DNA of 64,000 nucleotides from Deltaproteobacteria bacterium (GCA_032128375.1 JAQBGU010000024.1:2263-66262); one strand, 5' to 3'; shown: positions 47,783 to 58,597, counted from the stretch's first letter. Translations and numbers: made by a program. Notes: generated from the sequence alone by a model not told the origin.

Positions 47783-48280
47783 GCCGGTACTTGTATGTGA
47801 GAGCACGCTCGCTTCTTGATGACACGCCGCGCACGGCATTTTGGGGGAGTGCCACGGCAGACTGGAGCGAAGAGACATTAGCGAAGCTGTCAGCTTCGCT
47901 TGAAGCAAGGTGTATGCCAACCCCGAGCAGCCCAACCGGCGCAAGTAACTTGATTATGCGGCGATCCAGATTGTCGCAGATACGTGAGGGATGAATTCAC
48001 GATCCATTGCATATCGTGCTGCAAAGGGGGGCCTTGTTCCCTCAGAATCCGTGCTGCTTCTGAGTATGTCTAGCGGAGCCTGTCCGCTGAGCGATACCGC
48101 CGACAAGGTTTCGGACAACCGACTCAAGGAAAGCCGGCCCACCTTAGGCTCGGGTGACGGGTTCGACTGCACGCGGCACGCCTGCGTGAAATCCAAGCAT
48201 GAACGGCCCCCCGTAGATCCAATGGAAGCGTCACGGGGGAGTGAGCATGCTCCGAAATTGAGATCATTCGGTGAGGCCTT

Positions 48281-48994
48281 GTGCTTCGGCGGTCTGGGCA
48301 GATCGGTCTGTTCCTGACATCGCTTTTTTCAAACATCTCGGCGCGAGCTTCGAATCGCTCTGGCAATCGCGTGGTGGAGGGGCTTGTGGCAATCGACCTC
48401 AAACTGTGTGAGAGAGATTCTGGGATTCGTCACCTGTGTCCTGATTGCGGCAACGTTCGATCGCGCCGGAGCAGTTGCTCCGCGCGCTGTTGCTCCAGGT
48501 GCTCTACTTGATTCGAGGCGAACGTATGCTGATGGAACAGCTGGACTACAACCTTCTGTTCCGTGGGTTCGTAGGCCCCGAGATGGACGATCGTGTCGGG
48601 ACGTGACGGTGTTTACGAAGAATCGCAATCGTCTTTTGGAAGGGGAGATCGCGGAGAGTTTTTTTCGAAGCGGTTCTGGATCAAGCACGCGACGCGGGCC
48701 TGCTGTCCGATGAGCACTTCACGGTAGATGGCACGATGACAAAAGCTTGGGCGGGCCAGAAGCGTTTCCCCCCAAAAGGTGAGGATGACGGTAGGTCGAA
48801 CGGCGGTTCTTCAACGGAGCGCCATTTTCACGGCGAGCGTCGCAAGAACGATACACACGCGTCGACGACAGACAGCGACGCTCACCTGCTGAAGAAGGGA
48901 AAGAGGAAGGAAGCGAAGCTGTGCCTCCTGGGTCACGTGGTCACGGAGAACCGCAACGGTCTGGTCGTGGCGACCGAAACGACCTTGGCGACCG
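48281..48994 (+). pseudogene. Degraded IS5-family transposase
   Basis: Frameshifted motifs SIAPEQLLRALLLQ, MEQLDYNLLFR.FVG, VFTKNR.RLL, EHFTVDGT, RKNDTHASTTD, ENRNGLVV; truncated at 48994. Confidence 0.85.
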
Positions 48995-50494
48995 CTAGAG
49001 GATCTGGTCCCAAGCCGCACGTTCGGCATCGTAGGGGGCGTCAACCAACATACAATCGCGATCGAAGATCATCGTCGCGCGCCGGTCTGAGTCGTAGCGG
49101 TCCCAGCTGGGGAGCGCCTCACAGTTCGGATCGCCAGACCGTGCAAAGGACAACCACGAGTCCATCATCGTCTCGGACAATCGGTCGGCGTCGGGTCCCG
49201 AGCCCGCGAAACGGTCCATGGTCGGGGCACCGAGTGTGCCAAACACAAACGGCAGCTCCAGCGCATGACAGGCGCCCAACAAACCCCTTGCGGCGGGTGA
49301 CTTCCAGGTGAGCAGGTACGAGAAGGTCTGCGGCTGGTGGATGCTCTGGGCTTCTGCGATCCGGATTCCCGGAACTCGGAAACTCCGATCCGATTCGATG
49401 GCGCTCAGAATCTCGTAGGGCGAATTCGCACCGCGCCGCTCGAGCGCGCTTCGATAGGTTTCGACCAACTCCTGAGCTGCCGAATCGTCTCCGCCGCATG
49501 CTGCTGTCAGGGATTGGGCGCGCCTGTCCAGCGCCTCGATTCCCATCCCAGTGACCTTGCGGTTGCCCAGCGTGAACAGCTTGAACTCGTCGAGGTTGGT
49601 ACCCACCAGCAGGGGAATGTCTCGCGCATCGCCGCTTGCCACCGCTTCGAGCGGGTGGCTGGGCATGGATTCGACGTCGATGACGGGTACGAAGGGCATT
49701 TGCATGTTTTCGCGACGCGCTTTCGCCATGCATCGCAGCTGCGCCTCTACGAGCGATTCGGCCGGAGCCGCGCGCAAACCCGCGACGTCGCTCATAGCCA
49801 TCTCTTCGAGCAGCATCGCGCCGACTCTGCCGGCGAAGTCTGTTCCATAGCCCTGATGTGTCGTTCCGCTTTGAGAAATCGCGCGGCGAAAGAGTCCGCG
49901 AGCCGCCGGCATCGCGAGCAGGGCGGTGACTGCCATACCACCAGCCGACTCTCCGAAGATCGTCACATTTTCCGGGTCGCCACCGAACGATTCGATGTTG
50001 TCACTGACCCATTCGAGCGCCGCGATCTGATCTCGCTGACCGATATTCGAATCGACGCCGTCGAGTGACAGGTACCCGAATGCGCCGAGCCGGTAGTTGA
50101 TCGTGACCACCACGACATCTCCGCGCGTCACGAGCGGCCCGCCATCGTAGAGGTCCTGGCTCGCTGAGCCGGCAGTGAACCCGCCTCCGTGAACCCAAAA
50201 CAGCACCGGTTTGGCGCCGACGCCGCCGGCCCGGGGCGTGAACACGTTCAGGTAGAGACAGTCTTCGGACGTTTCTGCGACGCTCATTCCTGGCAGCGCG
50301 CTTTCGCCCTGGGGTGCCGCTGGCCGAAATCCGCGGGCTTCGAGTACGCCGCTCCACGAATCGGGCGGCTCCGGCGCGCGAAATCGCAGCCCGCCTACGG
50401 GGGGCTTGGCGAAGGGAATACCGAGAAACGATTGGTGGCCCGGGCTCTGAACACCAGCGATGGGGCCGAGAGGGGTATCGATCTGAAGTCGCAT
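48995..50494 (-). CDS. Carboxylesterase type B (PnbA-like)
   Basis: FLGIPFA.PP, EDCLYLN, HGGG, GESAG, CHALE. Confidence 0.95.
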   Translation of the reverse strand: MRLQIDTPLGPIAGVQSPGHQSFLGIPFAKPPVGGLRFRAPEPPDSWSGVLEARGFRPAAPQGESALPGMSVAETSEDCLYLNVFTPRAGGVGAKPVLFWVHGGGFTAGSASQDLYDGGPLVTRGDVVVVTINYRLGAFGYLSLDGVDSNIGQRDQIAALEWVSDNIESFGGDPENVTIFGESAGGMAVTALLAMPAARGLFRRAISQSGTTHQGYGTDFAGRVGAMLLEEMAMSDVAGLRAAPAESLVEAQLRCMAKARRENMQMPFVPVIDVESMPSHPLEAVASGDARDIPLLVGTNLDEFKLFTLGNRKVTGMGIEALDRRAQSLTAACGGDDSAAQELVETYRSALERRGANSPYEILSAIESDRSFRVPGIRIAEAQSIHQPQTFSYLLTWKSPAARGLLGACHALELPFVFGTLGAPTMDRFAGSGPDADRLSETMMDSWLSFARSGDPNCEALPSWDRYDSDRRATMIFDRDCMLVDAPYDAERAAWDQIL

Positions 50495-50574
50495 GACCCG
50501 ATTGTATCAGTCAGGCCAGCACGCGGGGACGGAATCGGCGATCGGCGGTGACGGCCATTGGTGTGTCCGCGAAT

Positions 50575-51936
50575 TCAGTTGGATGCAGGCGCTGGAATCG
50601 ATGCCGTGTCGTCACCTCGCATCGCGGTCGCGATCTCCGATGCGATACGACGTGCGAGGATTTCGTAGCCTCGAGCGAAGAAGTGACAGCAATTGTCGCG
50701 GTAGACCGGCTCGGTTTCACCGGCGAACACCCCGGCCAGGTCCACGAAGCGCACACCAGCAGCGAGCAGCTGGGCCCGTTCGGCGCTCAGCGACCGATAG
50801 CCGGCTTCCGCTCCATAGCGGGTCGAATTCAACCTCGGCGAAGCCGCAGTCCTTCGCTCCCCGTCGTTGCGCGGATTCCCATCGAAATACTGATTCGGCT
50901 GCAAGAAGTGGAAATACTCGATCCCACGAGACTCGCACAAACTCGCGAGGGCTTCAGAGGAACGTCGCCAGATCGCGGCCGAATGCGCGAACAGTGCATC
51001 TTTCGCACCTGCGTGCGCGTCTCGGTCGAACAGCGGCCCGCCCGACTGCGGGGTTGTGTCGGTGCCCAGCCGCGCGAGTAGGGCTATCTCCAGCTCGGAA
51101 CGAGAAGCTTCGTTTCGCTCGCGTATCAAATGCCAGGTTGCCAATACCAACGAGCTGTGTCGCAGCGGAAAACGGTCGAACAAGCCCCGCCAGTCCCGCA
51201 AGTCCTGTTCCGATTCTGCCATCTTGGCGACCAGGATCGCGGCGGCGGGGTCGATCCCTTGCGCTGCAACCGTCCTCCATCGGAAGGGATAGCTGGGTGC
51301 GAGATTCAGTGGAACATTGTCGGTGAACGGTAGGACGACCTCGTTGAAACCATCGAGGTTGATGACGACATCGAGCTGAGCGCCGAGAACCAGCAGATAG
51401 CTCAGTGCATGCAGTTGCTGAGGCTGTTTGAAGCCGGCCATCGCGGCCGATACGATCTCGATCTTCCGGTCGCCGAAGGCACCATTCGCGGCGAGCTCGG
51501 ATGCCATCGTGTCGCGCGCGTAGAGGAAGAGCTCCTCCGCGACGGATCCTCCGGTAAACGCGATTCGAACCACGTCGTCGCCTTTGGGCGCGAGCGGAGA
51601 CTTCCCGAAGAAGCCCAGCGGGTTGACTTCATCGTCGACGAGAAGGCGATTGACGTGGTTCGTGCGTCCGGGTTGTGAGTTGCGAACGAAACCGATGTAG
51701 GGATGCAGCACGTTGCTCGGCGAACGTTGGTCCGGGTCGTCCACCGCAGGCTCCCGCTGCGCTAGCGACGCCTGGGTCGCGTCGCGAGCGGGAAATCGGC
51801 CAGGCGAAAACTGGAACAACGCCCATGCCCCGAGTTCGATCGCCGCAAGAGTCGAAGCAAGCAGGATCGACGCGAAGACCACACGAGCGACTCCCGGCTT
51901 CGCGCCGGACCGTTTCGCGCTAGGCAGGAGCTCCAC
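50575..51936 (-). CDS. Membrane-anchored SGNH/GDSL-like protein
   Basis: N-terminal TM, HPYIGF, GGSVA, GFKQPQQ, LDGFNE, DNCCH. Confidence 0.7.
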   Translation of the reverse strand: MELLPSAKRSGAKPGVARVVFASILLASTLAAIELGAWALFQFSPGRFPARDATQASLAQREPAVDDPDQRSPSNVLHPYIGFVRNSQPGRTNHVNRLLVDDEVNPLGFFGKSPLAPKGDDVVRIAFTGGSVAEELFLYARDTMASELAANGAFGDRKIEIVSAAMAGFKQPQQLHALSYLLVLGAQLDVVINLDGFNEVVLPFTDNVPLNLAPSYPFRWRTVAAQGIDPAAAILVAKMAESEQDLRDWRGLFDRFPLRHSSLVLATWHLIRERNEASRSELEIALLARLGTDTTPQSGGPLFDRDAHAGAKDALFAHSAAIWRRSSEALASLCESRGIEYFHFLQPNQYFDGNPRNDGERRTAASPRLNSTRYGAEAGYRSLSAERAQLLAAGVRFVDLAGVFAGETEPVYRDNCCHFFARGYEILARRIASEIATAMRGDDTASIPAPASN

Positions 51937-51987
51937 GGTCAGGATTCTACGGCACCGTCAGCGTCTGTTTCTCACTCGGCGGTCGGT

Positions 51988-53562
51988 TCACGGGGCCGTA
52001 CTCGGACGTGACCGGCCCGAACTCTGCGCGACCTGGCGCATCGTTGCGAGCAGCGCTTCGGAGGGCGTTCCATCGACGCCTATCGTGTGCGCCTTCTGAA
52101 ACGCGCGGATCGCATCTCGGGATTTCGATCCGATTTGCCCGTCGATATCGCCGATTTCGTAACCGAGCGCCAGTAGCGCTTCCTGCGTGTCGAGTTTGAG
52201 CTGGAGCTCTCGACGTTCCTCTTCATAGCCGATGAATCCCTGCCCGTAGCTGGCGCTCGGCGGGAGTTCTCCCGCCGCGAGCGCTTTCGGGGGGTGGTCG
52301 CCGAGCAGCATCTCGTGAATGGCGCGTGCCAGATCGCGGTGATCCTCCGCCGAGTTCTTGCGCAACACGTTGGAAAGCACGGCCACTGCATAGAACAGGC
52401 GTTGTTGGCCGGCTTCGGTCTCGATGATCGCAACCGAGTTCATGTAGTTGCTCTTGTTGCCGTGATATTTCTCGCACACGAAGCCCTCTTCCTTTTCGCA
52501 GCGATACAGGGATCCGGATTTGAAATACACCGCAGAGGGTCGCAAGACGCCCGAGGATCCGTAGCGGATGCGCCGCTCGGTGATGTACATCAGGCGCTTG
52601 ATTTCACGGCTCGACCATTCATCGACGAGCTTTCCCTGTTCGAGCTTCAACAGGAACTGTGCCAGCGCGCGGGGTGTCGCATAGCTCGACGTGCCGCGAA
52701 CCTGGATTTTGCCCTGATGGGTAAAGAAGCTCCCCTGGCGCAGCTCTTCGATATCGAGACCGTTGCGGGTGACCGGGCTGGTGATCGCGTCGAGGAAGAT
52801 CGCGCTGAGCTCCTTCTTTGGGGTTTGTTCGAAGAAGGCGGCTTCCTGCTCGGCCGAAACAGGATAGCCGGCGCCGAAGTGTTTCATTGTGATCAGGTTC
52901 TTCTCGAGCATCGCCGCCGCGGAGTTCGAACTCGGCGACATCATCCAATCCAGGTAGGTCCACAGCGTAGCGGTGTCGCCCTGCTGGAGCGGTCGTTTTT
53001 CCACCGTCCGAGTTTCCGGCTTCCAGAAGGGCACGGTGTGTAGGTCGGAGACGCTGAACACGTCTGCAGTGATCATGGTGCTGCGCAGGATCCGCTTGCG
53101 CGCCTCGATGTCGTCCGGATACAGGTCTGCAAGCACTTGGAAGGTCGCGAGTGCGACCATGAGCTTGCCAACGCTGCCCGGGTTTTGCTGCTGGTTGCCG
53201 TGCCACTCTGCGTAGCGCGGATTGTCGCGATCCGACCAATCGAGTAGCGCGATTCCGTACCGCTCGACGTCGGGGCCCAGCAGCTTTTTCAACCGCTCAG
53301 TCAGCTTGGGATCGGGGGCTGGCAGCGTCATGTCGGCCCGGTCTCGGAGACGGATGTCGACCATCGACAGCGGTAGCAGTTCGCCCGCAGCGCGCTTGAT
53401 CCCCGGGATTTCACCGAGCTGGACCAGGCGCTGGTATTCGAGGCGTCCGATCCCCGTACTCGCGTAGCCGTCGAGCGGGTAGGCGTACACGGTCGACGGT
53501 CCGACTGCGAGCGTCGACGCTGCGAGTGCGCATACCAACAGCTTTCGGAAGCGGTGATTCAT
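51988..53562 (-). CDS. Exported class A beta-lactamase-like serine hydrolase with C-terminal peptidoglycan-binding domain
   Basis: Signal peptide; SVGK, SSN, KSG; QEALLALGY..G.IDG.IG..S..AIRAFQ. Confidence 0.85.
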   Translation of the reverse strand: MNHRFRKLLVCALAASTLAVGPSTVYAYPLDGYASTGIGRLEYQRLVQLGEIPGIKRAAGELLPLSMVDIRLRDRADMTLPAPDPKLTERLKKLLGPDVERYGIALLDWSDRDNPRYAEWHGNQQQNPGSVGKLMVALATFQVLADLYPDDIEARKRILRSTMITADVFSVSDLHTVPFWKPETRTVEKRPLQQGDTATLWTYLDWMMSPSSNSAAAMLEKNLITMKHFGAGYPVSAEQEAAFFEQTPKKELSAIFLDAITSPVTRNGLDIEELRQGSFFTHQGKIQVRGTSSYATPRALAQFLLKLEQGKLVDEWSSREIKRLMYITERRIRYGSSGVLRPSAVYFKSGSLYRCEKEEGFVCEKYHGNKSNYMNSVAIIETEAGQQRLFYAVAVLSNVLRKNSAEDHRDLARAIHEMLLGDHPPKALAAGELPPSASYGQGFIGYEEERRELQLKLDTQEALLALGYEIGDIDGQIGSKSRDAIRAFQKAHTIGVDGTPSEALLATMRQVAQSSGRSRPSTAP

Positions 53563-53690
53563 CGGGAGCCATCCTCAAATCGCGCGCGGCGGATTCCTGG
53601 CGCAACGCCAATGTCGTCGCGATCGAGCTTCTGCGCAAGCAATGACGATATTAGCAGCATCGGCGAACCCGATTTCGATACCATCGAACG

Positions 53691-55232
53691 ATGGGACGCA
53701 AGATTCTGTTCATCACAACGGACCAACAACGTTACGACTCGCTTGGCTGCAACGGCGGGAACATCGCGCGTACACCGGTTGCCGACCGGCTTGCGGCTAC
53801 AGGGATCAACTACCGTCGAGCCCACAACCAGAACGTGGTGTGCATGCCGGCGCGCTCCACGATGGTGACGGGCCAGTACGTCCGCAGTCACGGCGTCTGG
53901 ATGAACGGTGTTCCGTTGCCCGAGGACGCGCCCAGCATCGCTCAGGAGCTCAAGAGCAAAGCTGGCTACCAGACCGCGTTGATTGGTAAGGCGCATTTCC
54001 AACCTGCGCTCGATCCCAAGGGAGAATGGACTGAAGGGCGCCTGGCTCGCGAGGGCTCGACCGGCCCGTATCGCGGGTTCGATCGCGTCGAACTGGTCAT
54101 GCACGGCCCTGTCGGCTTCGGCCACTACCCCAGATTCATGCGGGAAGAGCATCCGGACTTCGTGCGGACCTTCTACCCACAGGTCGGTTTCGACCCCGAT
54201 GGAAACATGCTCGTCAACCACGAGGGTGGCGGTGATACCGGCGCTTGCCAGGTTCACCACAACCCGGTTCCTCGCGGGATCTACCACACCGACTGGGTGG
54301 CAGATCGGACCATCGCGTATCTGGATTCGCTGGCCGCAGATGAGCCTTGGTTTGTCTGGATGAGTTTCCCCGATCCCCATCATCCCTGGGATCCGCCGGC
54401 TTCCGAGATCGCGCGGTGTGACTGGCGTGATCTACCGCTGCCATCCGGTTACCCGGGAAGCCCCGAAAAGTGTCGCGAGATTCTGCAGCGCAAGCCGAGG
54501 CACTGGCTCGATTGGTTCGAAGGCCGCGGTGGTCACATCAACGTCGAAGCACCGCCCGGTTTCGTCCCAGCACAGATGACGCCAGACCAGATCCGGGAGA
54601 TCAACGCGATGGCCCACATCCAAAACGAGTTGATCGATGAGGCCTGCGGCCGCGTGATCGATCGCATTGGCGCGCGCGGCTGGGATGCTGATACTGACAT
54701 CTTCTTCACGACCGACCACGGCGAGCTGCAGGGTGACTTCGGTCTGCTCTTCAAGGGGCCGTACCACGTAGACGCGCTGATGCGTGTACCACTGCTCTGG
54801 CGCCCCGCGCCATCTGCGGCAATCGCTCCCGCTTGCGTAGAAGAACCTGTGGGTCACGTCGACCTGGCGTCAACGTTCTGCGAGATCGCCGGCATCGCGA
54901 TTCCCGAATGGAACCAGGGGGCGCCGTTGCCGACAGCACCAGGCGCGGGCCGCGAACGCGTTCTCACCGAATGGGACTGCGAACACCGCGGTACGAGCAC
55001 GTTCATCCGGAGCATCTACCGCGACGGACTGCTGTGCAGCGCCTACGAACCCAGCAGCCTCTACGACGGTAGCGAGGGCGAACTCTACGATCTGCGCAAC
55101 GACCCGAACCAGTTCGAAAATCTCTGGGACGACCCCGCGCGAAAGACCTCGAGGTCGGAGCTCATCGAGGATCTCTACCAACACCTTCCCGCGTCACGTC
55201 CCGAACGTCTCCGATGGAGAGCAGCTGTCTAG
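53691..55232 (+). CDS. Cys-type (formylglycine) sulfatase, cytoplasmic
   Basis: TTDQQR, CMPARS..TG, GKAH, DPHHP, TDHG. Confidence 0.92.
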   Translation: MGRKILFITTDQQRYDSLGCNGGNIARTPVADRLAATGINYRRAHNQNVVCMPARSTMVTGQYVRSHGVWMNGVPLPEDAPSIAQELKSKAGYQTALIGKAHFQPALDPKGEWTEGRLAREGSTGPYRGFDRVELVMHGPVGFGHYPRFMREEHPDFVRTFYPQVGFDPDGNMLVNHEGGGDTGACQVHHNPVPRGIYHTDWVADRTIAYLDSLAADEPWFVWMSFPDPHHPWDPPASEIARCDWRDLPLPSGYPGSPEKCREILQRKPRHWLDWFEGRGGHINVEAPPGFVPAQMTPDQIREINAMAHIQNELIDEACGRVIDRIGARGWDADTDIFFTTDHGELQGDFGLLFKGPYHVDALMRVPLLWRPAPSAAIAPACVEEPVGHVDLASTFCEIAGIAIPEWNQGAPLPTAPGAGRERVLTEWDCEHRGTSTFIRSIYRDGLLCSAYEPSSLYDGSEGELYDLRNDPNQFENLWDDPARKTSRSELIEDLYQHLPASRPERLRWRAAV

Positions 55233-55302
55233 CCCGTTTCGAAAGCCTGGCAGGCCGTGGCCTACCGGCGCCGCGGACCGATTGTAAGATCAAAACATCG
55301 CG

Positions 55303-57042
55303 GTGGACCCTCTGGGAACTGTCCGGCACAACCTCGCAATTGGCACGCACTGGGTGGACCGATCGGTGTTCGCCTGGGCGGTGCTCGGCTACATCTGCCT
55401 GCTGATGTGGGCCGCCGCGATGCATCCGATTCGAGATCCCGATTTCGGCTGGCATCTTGCGCTCGGGCGTTACATCGCACAACAAGCAGAGGTTCCCACT
55501 GCGGAGCCCTTCACACACACCGCATTCGGAAATCCGATGGTGGCCCACGAGTGGCTCGCTCAGCTGGTGATGCACGCGGTAACGACTCTGACGGGAATCG
55601 TGGGCTTGCGCCGGCTGCACGCAACGGCGGTCGTTGCGTTGCTGCTGGTCTTCTATCGAATGCTGCGCCGGGATCGTGGACCTCCGGCATTGGCCGTGGC
55701 GGGAGTCCTGCTGTTCGCGCTCGTGGCGCGAAGCCGGTTCGAACTTCGACCCCAGATGTTCAACCTCGCCGCGATGATGTGGCTGTTTCACGCGGTCTTC
55801 GTTCGGCGGCCACGCCTCGAACCGCGACAGCTCTTCGGGATATCCGCCGCTGTCGCGCTGTGGGCCAATTTCCATTCGGGCGCGATCTTGTTTCCGGCAT
55901 TGATCGGCGTTTATGTCGCGACGGAATGGATTTCGCGACGCATCGGTTGGGCGACGCCGAAGCCCGCGGATCTGGCAGGCGGAAACCTCGCGCGGGTTGC
56001 GCTCCTCGGCGCGACGACTGCATTCGCGACCCTGCTGACCCCGAATCACGCTCGACTGGCGCCGTACGTACTCGCATCAAACCAAATCAATCGCGGGCTG
56101 AGTTCCGAATGGGCATCGATCGCGTCGTTCTGGGGAGATCCGGCCAATCTCCCTCTCGAACTCGAAGCGCTGCTATTTTCGGCTGTGGCCTTTGTCGTCG
56201 CGGTGTGGATTGGGCGCAGAACCCGTTCTCCCGGCATGATCGCGGTGGTCTGTGTGTTGGCCTTGCTTCCGCTATCGAGCGCACGCTTCGTGGACTTCTT
56301 CTTCGCGCCGATCGCGTTTGTACACAGCGTTTGGTGCGGCGGGTTGGCGCAGCGCACGAGCTCCGCTGTGACGCGCCGTCGCGCATCGATCGCCACCTGC
56401 GCGCTGGTGCTGTTGTTGGCCCAGCTGGCCATCTCACCGCAGATCGACTTCGCGCAGCTCCACCTCTGGATTCGACCTGCGGGCAATTTTCAACCCGTGA
56501 CGTTTCCGGCCGGAGCGGTGCGCTTCCTCGCCGAGACCCGGCTCGTGGGGAGGCTCTACAACCTCGAGCGCTGGGGTGGTTATGTGTTGCTCCAGACGCG
56601 CGCCGAGTACCCGATTTTCATCGATGGACGCTGGGTTACGATCGGCGAGCGCGTGGCACGCGATGCTCTGGTGATCGAACACCGCGGAGAGCAGGCGTTC
56701 GAAAAGCTCGACGCCTACGGGGTCGACGTGCTGCTGGTACCGCGGGGCTGGATGACCGAAGAGCTGCAACACGCACGCGGCTGGGTCCCAGTCTTCGAAA
56801 ATTTCAACGCCGGCGTGTACCTGAGATCGACAGCAGCGGACGACCTCGCCCGTTGCGCGCGCTACTACCAGCGGGTCGGAGTCCCGTTTGATTCAGAGCG
56901 CGGTTTCGATGGTCGCACTGCACACCAGCACAATGAGCAGTGGGCGCGCGCATTTCAAGTGGAGCCGAGACACGTGGTACACTTTGGACTGTGGGGAAAC
57001 CCGACTGGCGTTTCGCCGGCGCTCGTGGTGAACCGCTGGTGA
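55303..57042 (+). CDS. Polytopic membrane protein, GT-C-like
   Basis: D.GWHLALGR, HEWL, RPQ, WANFH.G, WGGY, IFIDGR. Confidence 0.75.
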   Translation: MDPLGTVRHNLAIGTHWVDRSVFAWAVLGYICLLMWAAAMHPIRDPDFGWHLALGRYIAQQAEVPTAEPFTHTAFGNPMVAHEWLAQLVMHAVTTLTGIVGLRRLHATAVVALLLVFYRMLRRDRGPPALAVAGVLLFALVARSRFELRPQMFNLAAMMWLFHAVFVRRPRLEPRQLFGISAAVALWANFHSGAILFPALIGVYVATEWISRRIGWATPKPADLAGGNLARVALLGATTAFATLLTPNHARLAPYVLASNQINRGLSSEWASIASFWGDPANLPLELEALLFSAVAFVVAVWIGRRTRSPGMIAVVCVLALLPLSSARFVDFFFAPIAFVHSVWCGGLAQRTSSAVTRRRASIATCALVLLLAQLAISPQIDFAQLHLWIRPAGNFQPVTFPAGAVRFLAETRLVGRLYNLERWGGYVLLQTRAEYPIFIDGRWVTIGERVARDALVIEHRGEQAFEKLDAYGVDVLLVPRGWMTEELQHARGWVPVFENFNAGVYLRSTAADDLARCARYYQRVGVPFDSERGFDGRTAHQHNEQWARAFQVEPRHVVHFGLWGNPTGVSPALVVNRW

Positions 57043-57103
57043 AACCGATCGGTTTGCGGCGAGCTGACTTCGTAGAGGATTGTCTGGGCCATGGGTCCTC
57101 CGG

Positions 57104-57940
57104 CTATGGCTTCTTGCCGAGTCTGCCGGAGAGTTCGCCCATCTCGAGTTCGGCATCTCGCGTCTGGCCTCCCAGGTCGAGAAAGCGGCGCATGTTCTCG
57201 TTTGCGCTCTTGCTGCGCAGCAGACGCTGAAACAGATAGGCCTCTTCGACGAGGCCCTCTTCCAGCGGGAGTTCTGCTGCGTTGACGGATTGCTTGGCCA
57301 GTTCGACCGCGTCGCGCGGAAACGACGCGATACGGGCAGCGAGCGCGTCGACGAAGGGAGCGATCGCATGGGCTGCCATCGCGCGATTGAGCAAGCCCCA
57401 CCTCTCTGCGGTCGCCGCGTCGAGGTCGTCGCCGCCGAGGATGATCTCCAGCGCGCGGCCGCGGCCTACCAAGCGCGGTAGACGCTGTGTCCCGCCGCCC
57501 CCGGGCAAAATTCCCAACGGAACTTCCATCTGGTTGATCACGGTCCTTCCGGTGACGCCGAATCGCATATCGAAGGCCTGAATCAGCTCGCAACCGCCCC
57601 CGCCGACGCGACCCTCGATCTGAGCGATGCTGACTTTGGGCATGGTTCGATACCGCTCACACATCTGGTGGAAGACATTGTGTGGCGTTCGCTCGGCTTC
57701 GGTATCGATCGGGAATGCCAGGATTGCTTCGACGTCGAAATGTGCGATGAAAAAGTCGGGGTTGGCGCTCGACAACACCACCACGGAAACATCGTCGTCA
57801 TCGCCGACCTGCGCCCCGAAGCGCATCAGCTCACCGAACAGGGGCAGCGTCATCACATTGATTGGCGGCGCATCCACTACCGCTCGAGCGACCCCTCGCG
57901 AGATCTCGATCTTCAGCAATTCGTAGTTGTCGTATGCCAT
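57104..57940 (-). CDS. Enoyl-CoA hydratase/isomerase
   Basis: FFIAHFD, GGGGCE, PGGGGTQRL.RLVG. Confidence 0.92.
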   Translation of the reverse strand: MAYDNYELLKIEISRGVARAVVDAPPINVMTLPLFGELMRFGAQVGDDDDVSVVVLSSANPDFFIAHFDVEAILAFPIDTEAERTPHNVFHQMCERYRTMPKVSIAQIEGRVGGGGCELIQAFDMRFGVTGRTVINQMEVPLGILPGGGGTQRLPRLVGRGRALEIILGGDDLDAATAERWGLLNRAMAAHAIAPFVDALAARIASFPRDAVELAKQSVNAAELPLEEGLVEEAYLFQRLLRSKSANENMRRFLDLGGQTRDAELEMGELSGRLGKKP

Positions 57941-58190
57941 GGGGTCCTTGTCAGGTTCGCGTATTCGAAGATACTAACGCGGCGTGAAACGGAATTGGGG
58001 ATCGGTCGTTCGACTCCGGCCGGCTGACGGCCCGGATGACCTCCCCGAGTTCGAGCTGCCCGTGGGCATCAGGGATGGGGGCTTGACAGGCGGTCGAGTC
58101 GCGCGAAGTATCGAGCGACTGACAACTCAGCGCACACGATCCGCAGTTCGGGATCGAAGGCGCAGATCTGAATCCCAACCCGGAGGCCCG

Positions 58191-58529
58191 ATGGCCCGCA
58201 GTATCGATTGGCACTATTCCCGGAAAGGCTGAACGTCTTGCACCCGAGCGTCCAAGTTCTTGGACGCCAACGGCATCGAGACCAAAGAACTCGTCCCCGC
58301 CAGCCGCAAGTTGGGCCGCACGGAAGCAACAGAGATCGCAAAGAACGCGTCGCTTTTGATCGTTGCGAAGGGCAAGAAGATCAGCGAGTTCACCGGCGGG
58401 AAAGCCGGCAAGGACGTGGTCGATGCGATGCTCGGACCGACGGGCAATTTGCGCGCACCGACGATCCGTCTCGGAAAGACCGTCATCGTCGGCTTCAACG
58501 AGGACGTCTTCGCGGAGCGGTTCAAGTAG
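58191..58529 (+). CDS. ArsC/Spx-like thioredoxin-fold selenoprotein (UxxC; UGA at 58230-58232)
   Basis: GGAGG RBS; MARSIDWHYSRKG-U-TSC continues in frame into ORF 58260-58529 with GPTGNLRAPT...VGF. Confidence 0.85.
58248..58267 (+). promoter_or_regulatory. Bacterial SECIS-like hairpin
   Basis: GCGTCCAA-GTTC-TTGGACGC; loop begins with G, 23 nt after the UGA. Confidence 0.7.
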
Positions 58530-58597
58530 CGCCGTCTTCGCTCGCTGTCATGCTGCGGTCATACCGAAGGCCTGATGGCCAAAAGGCGCAGAACCGC

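Noticed and set aside
47800-48280. Small genes or ncRNA between the deg pair and the IS5 remnant
   Set aside because: Short ORFs without RBS or motifs; most likely decayed mobile DNA that I cannot assign.
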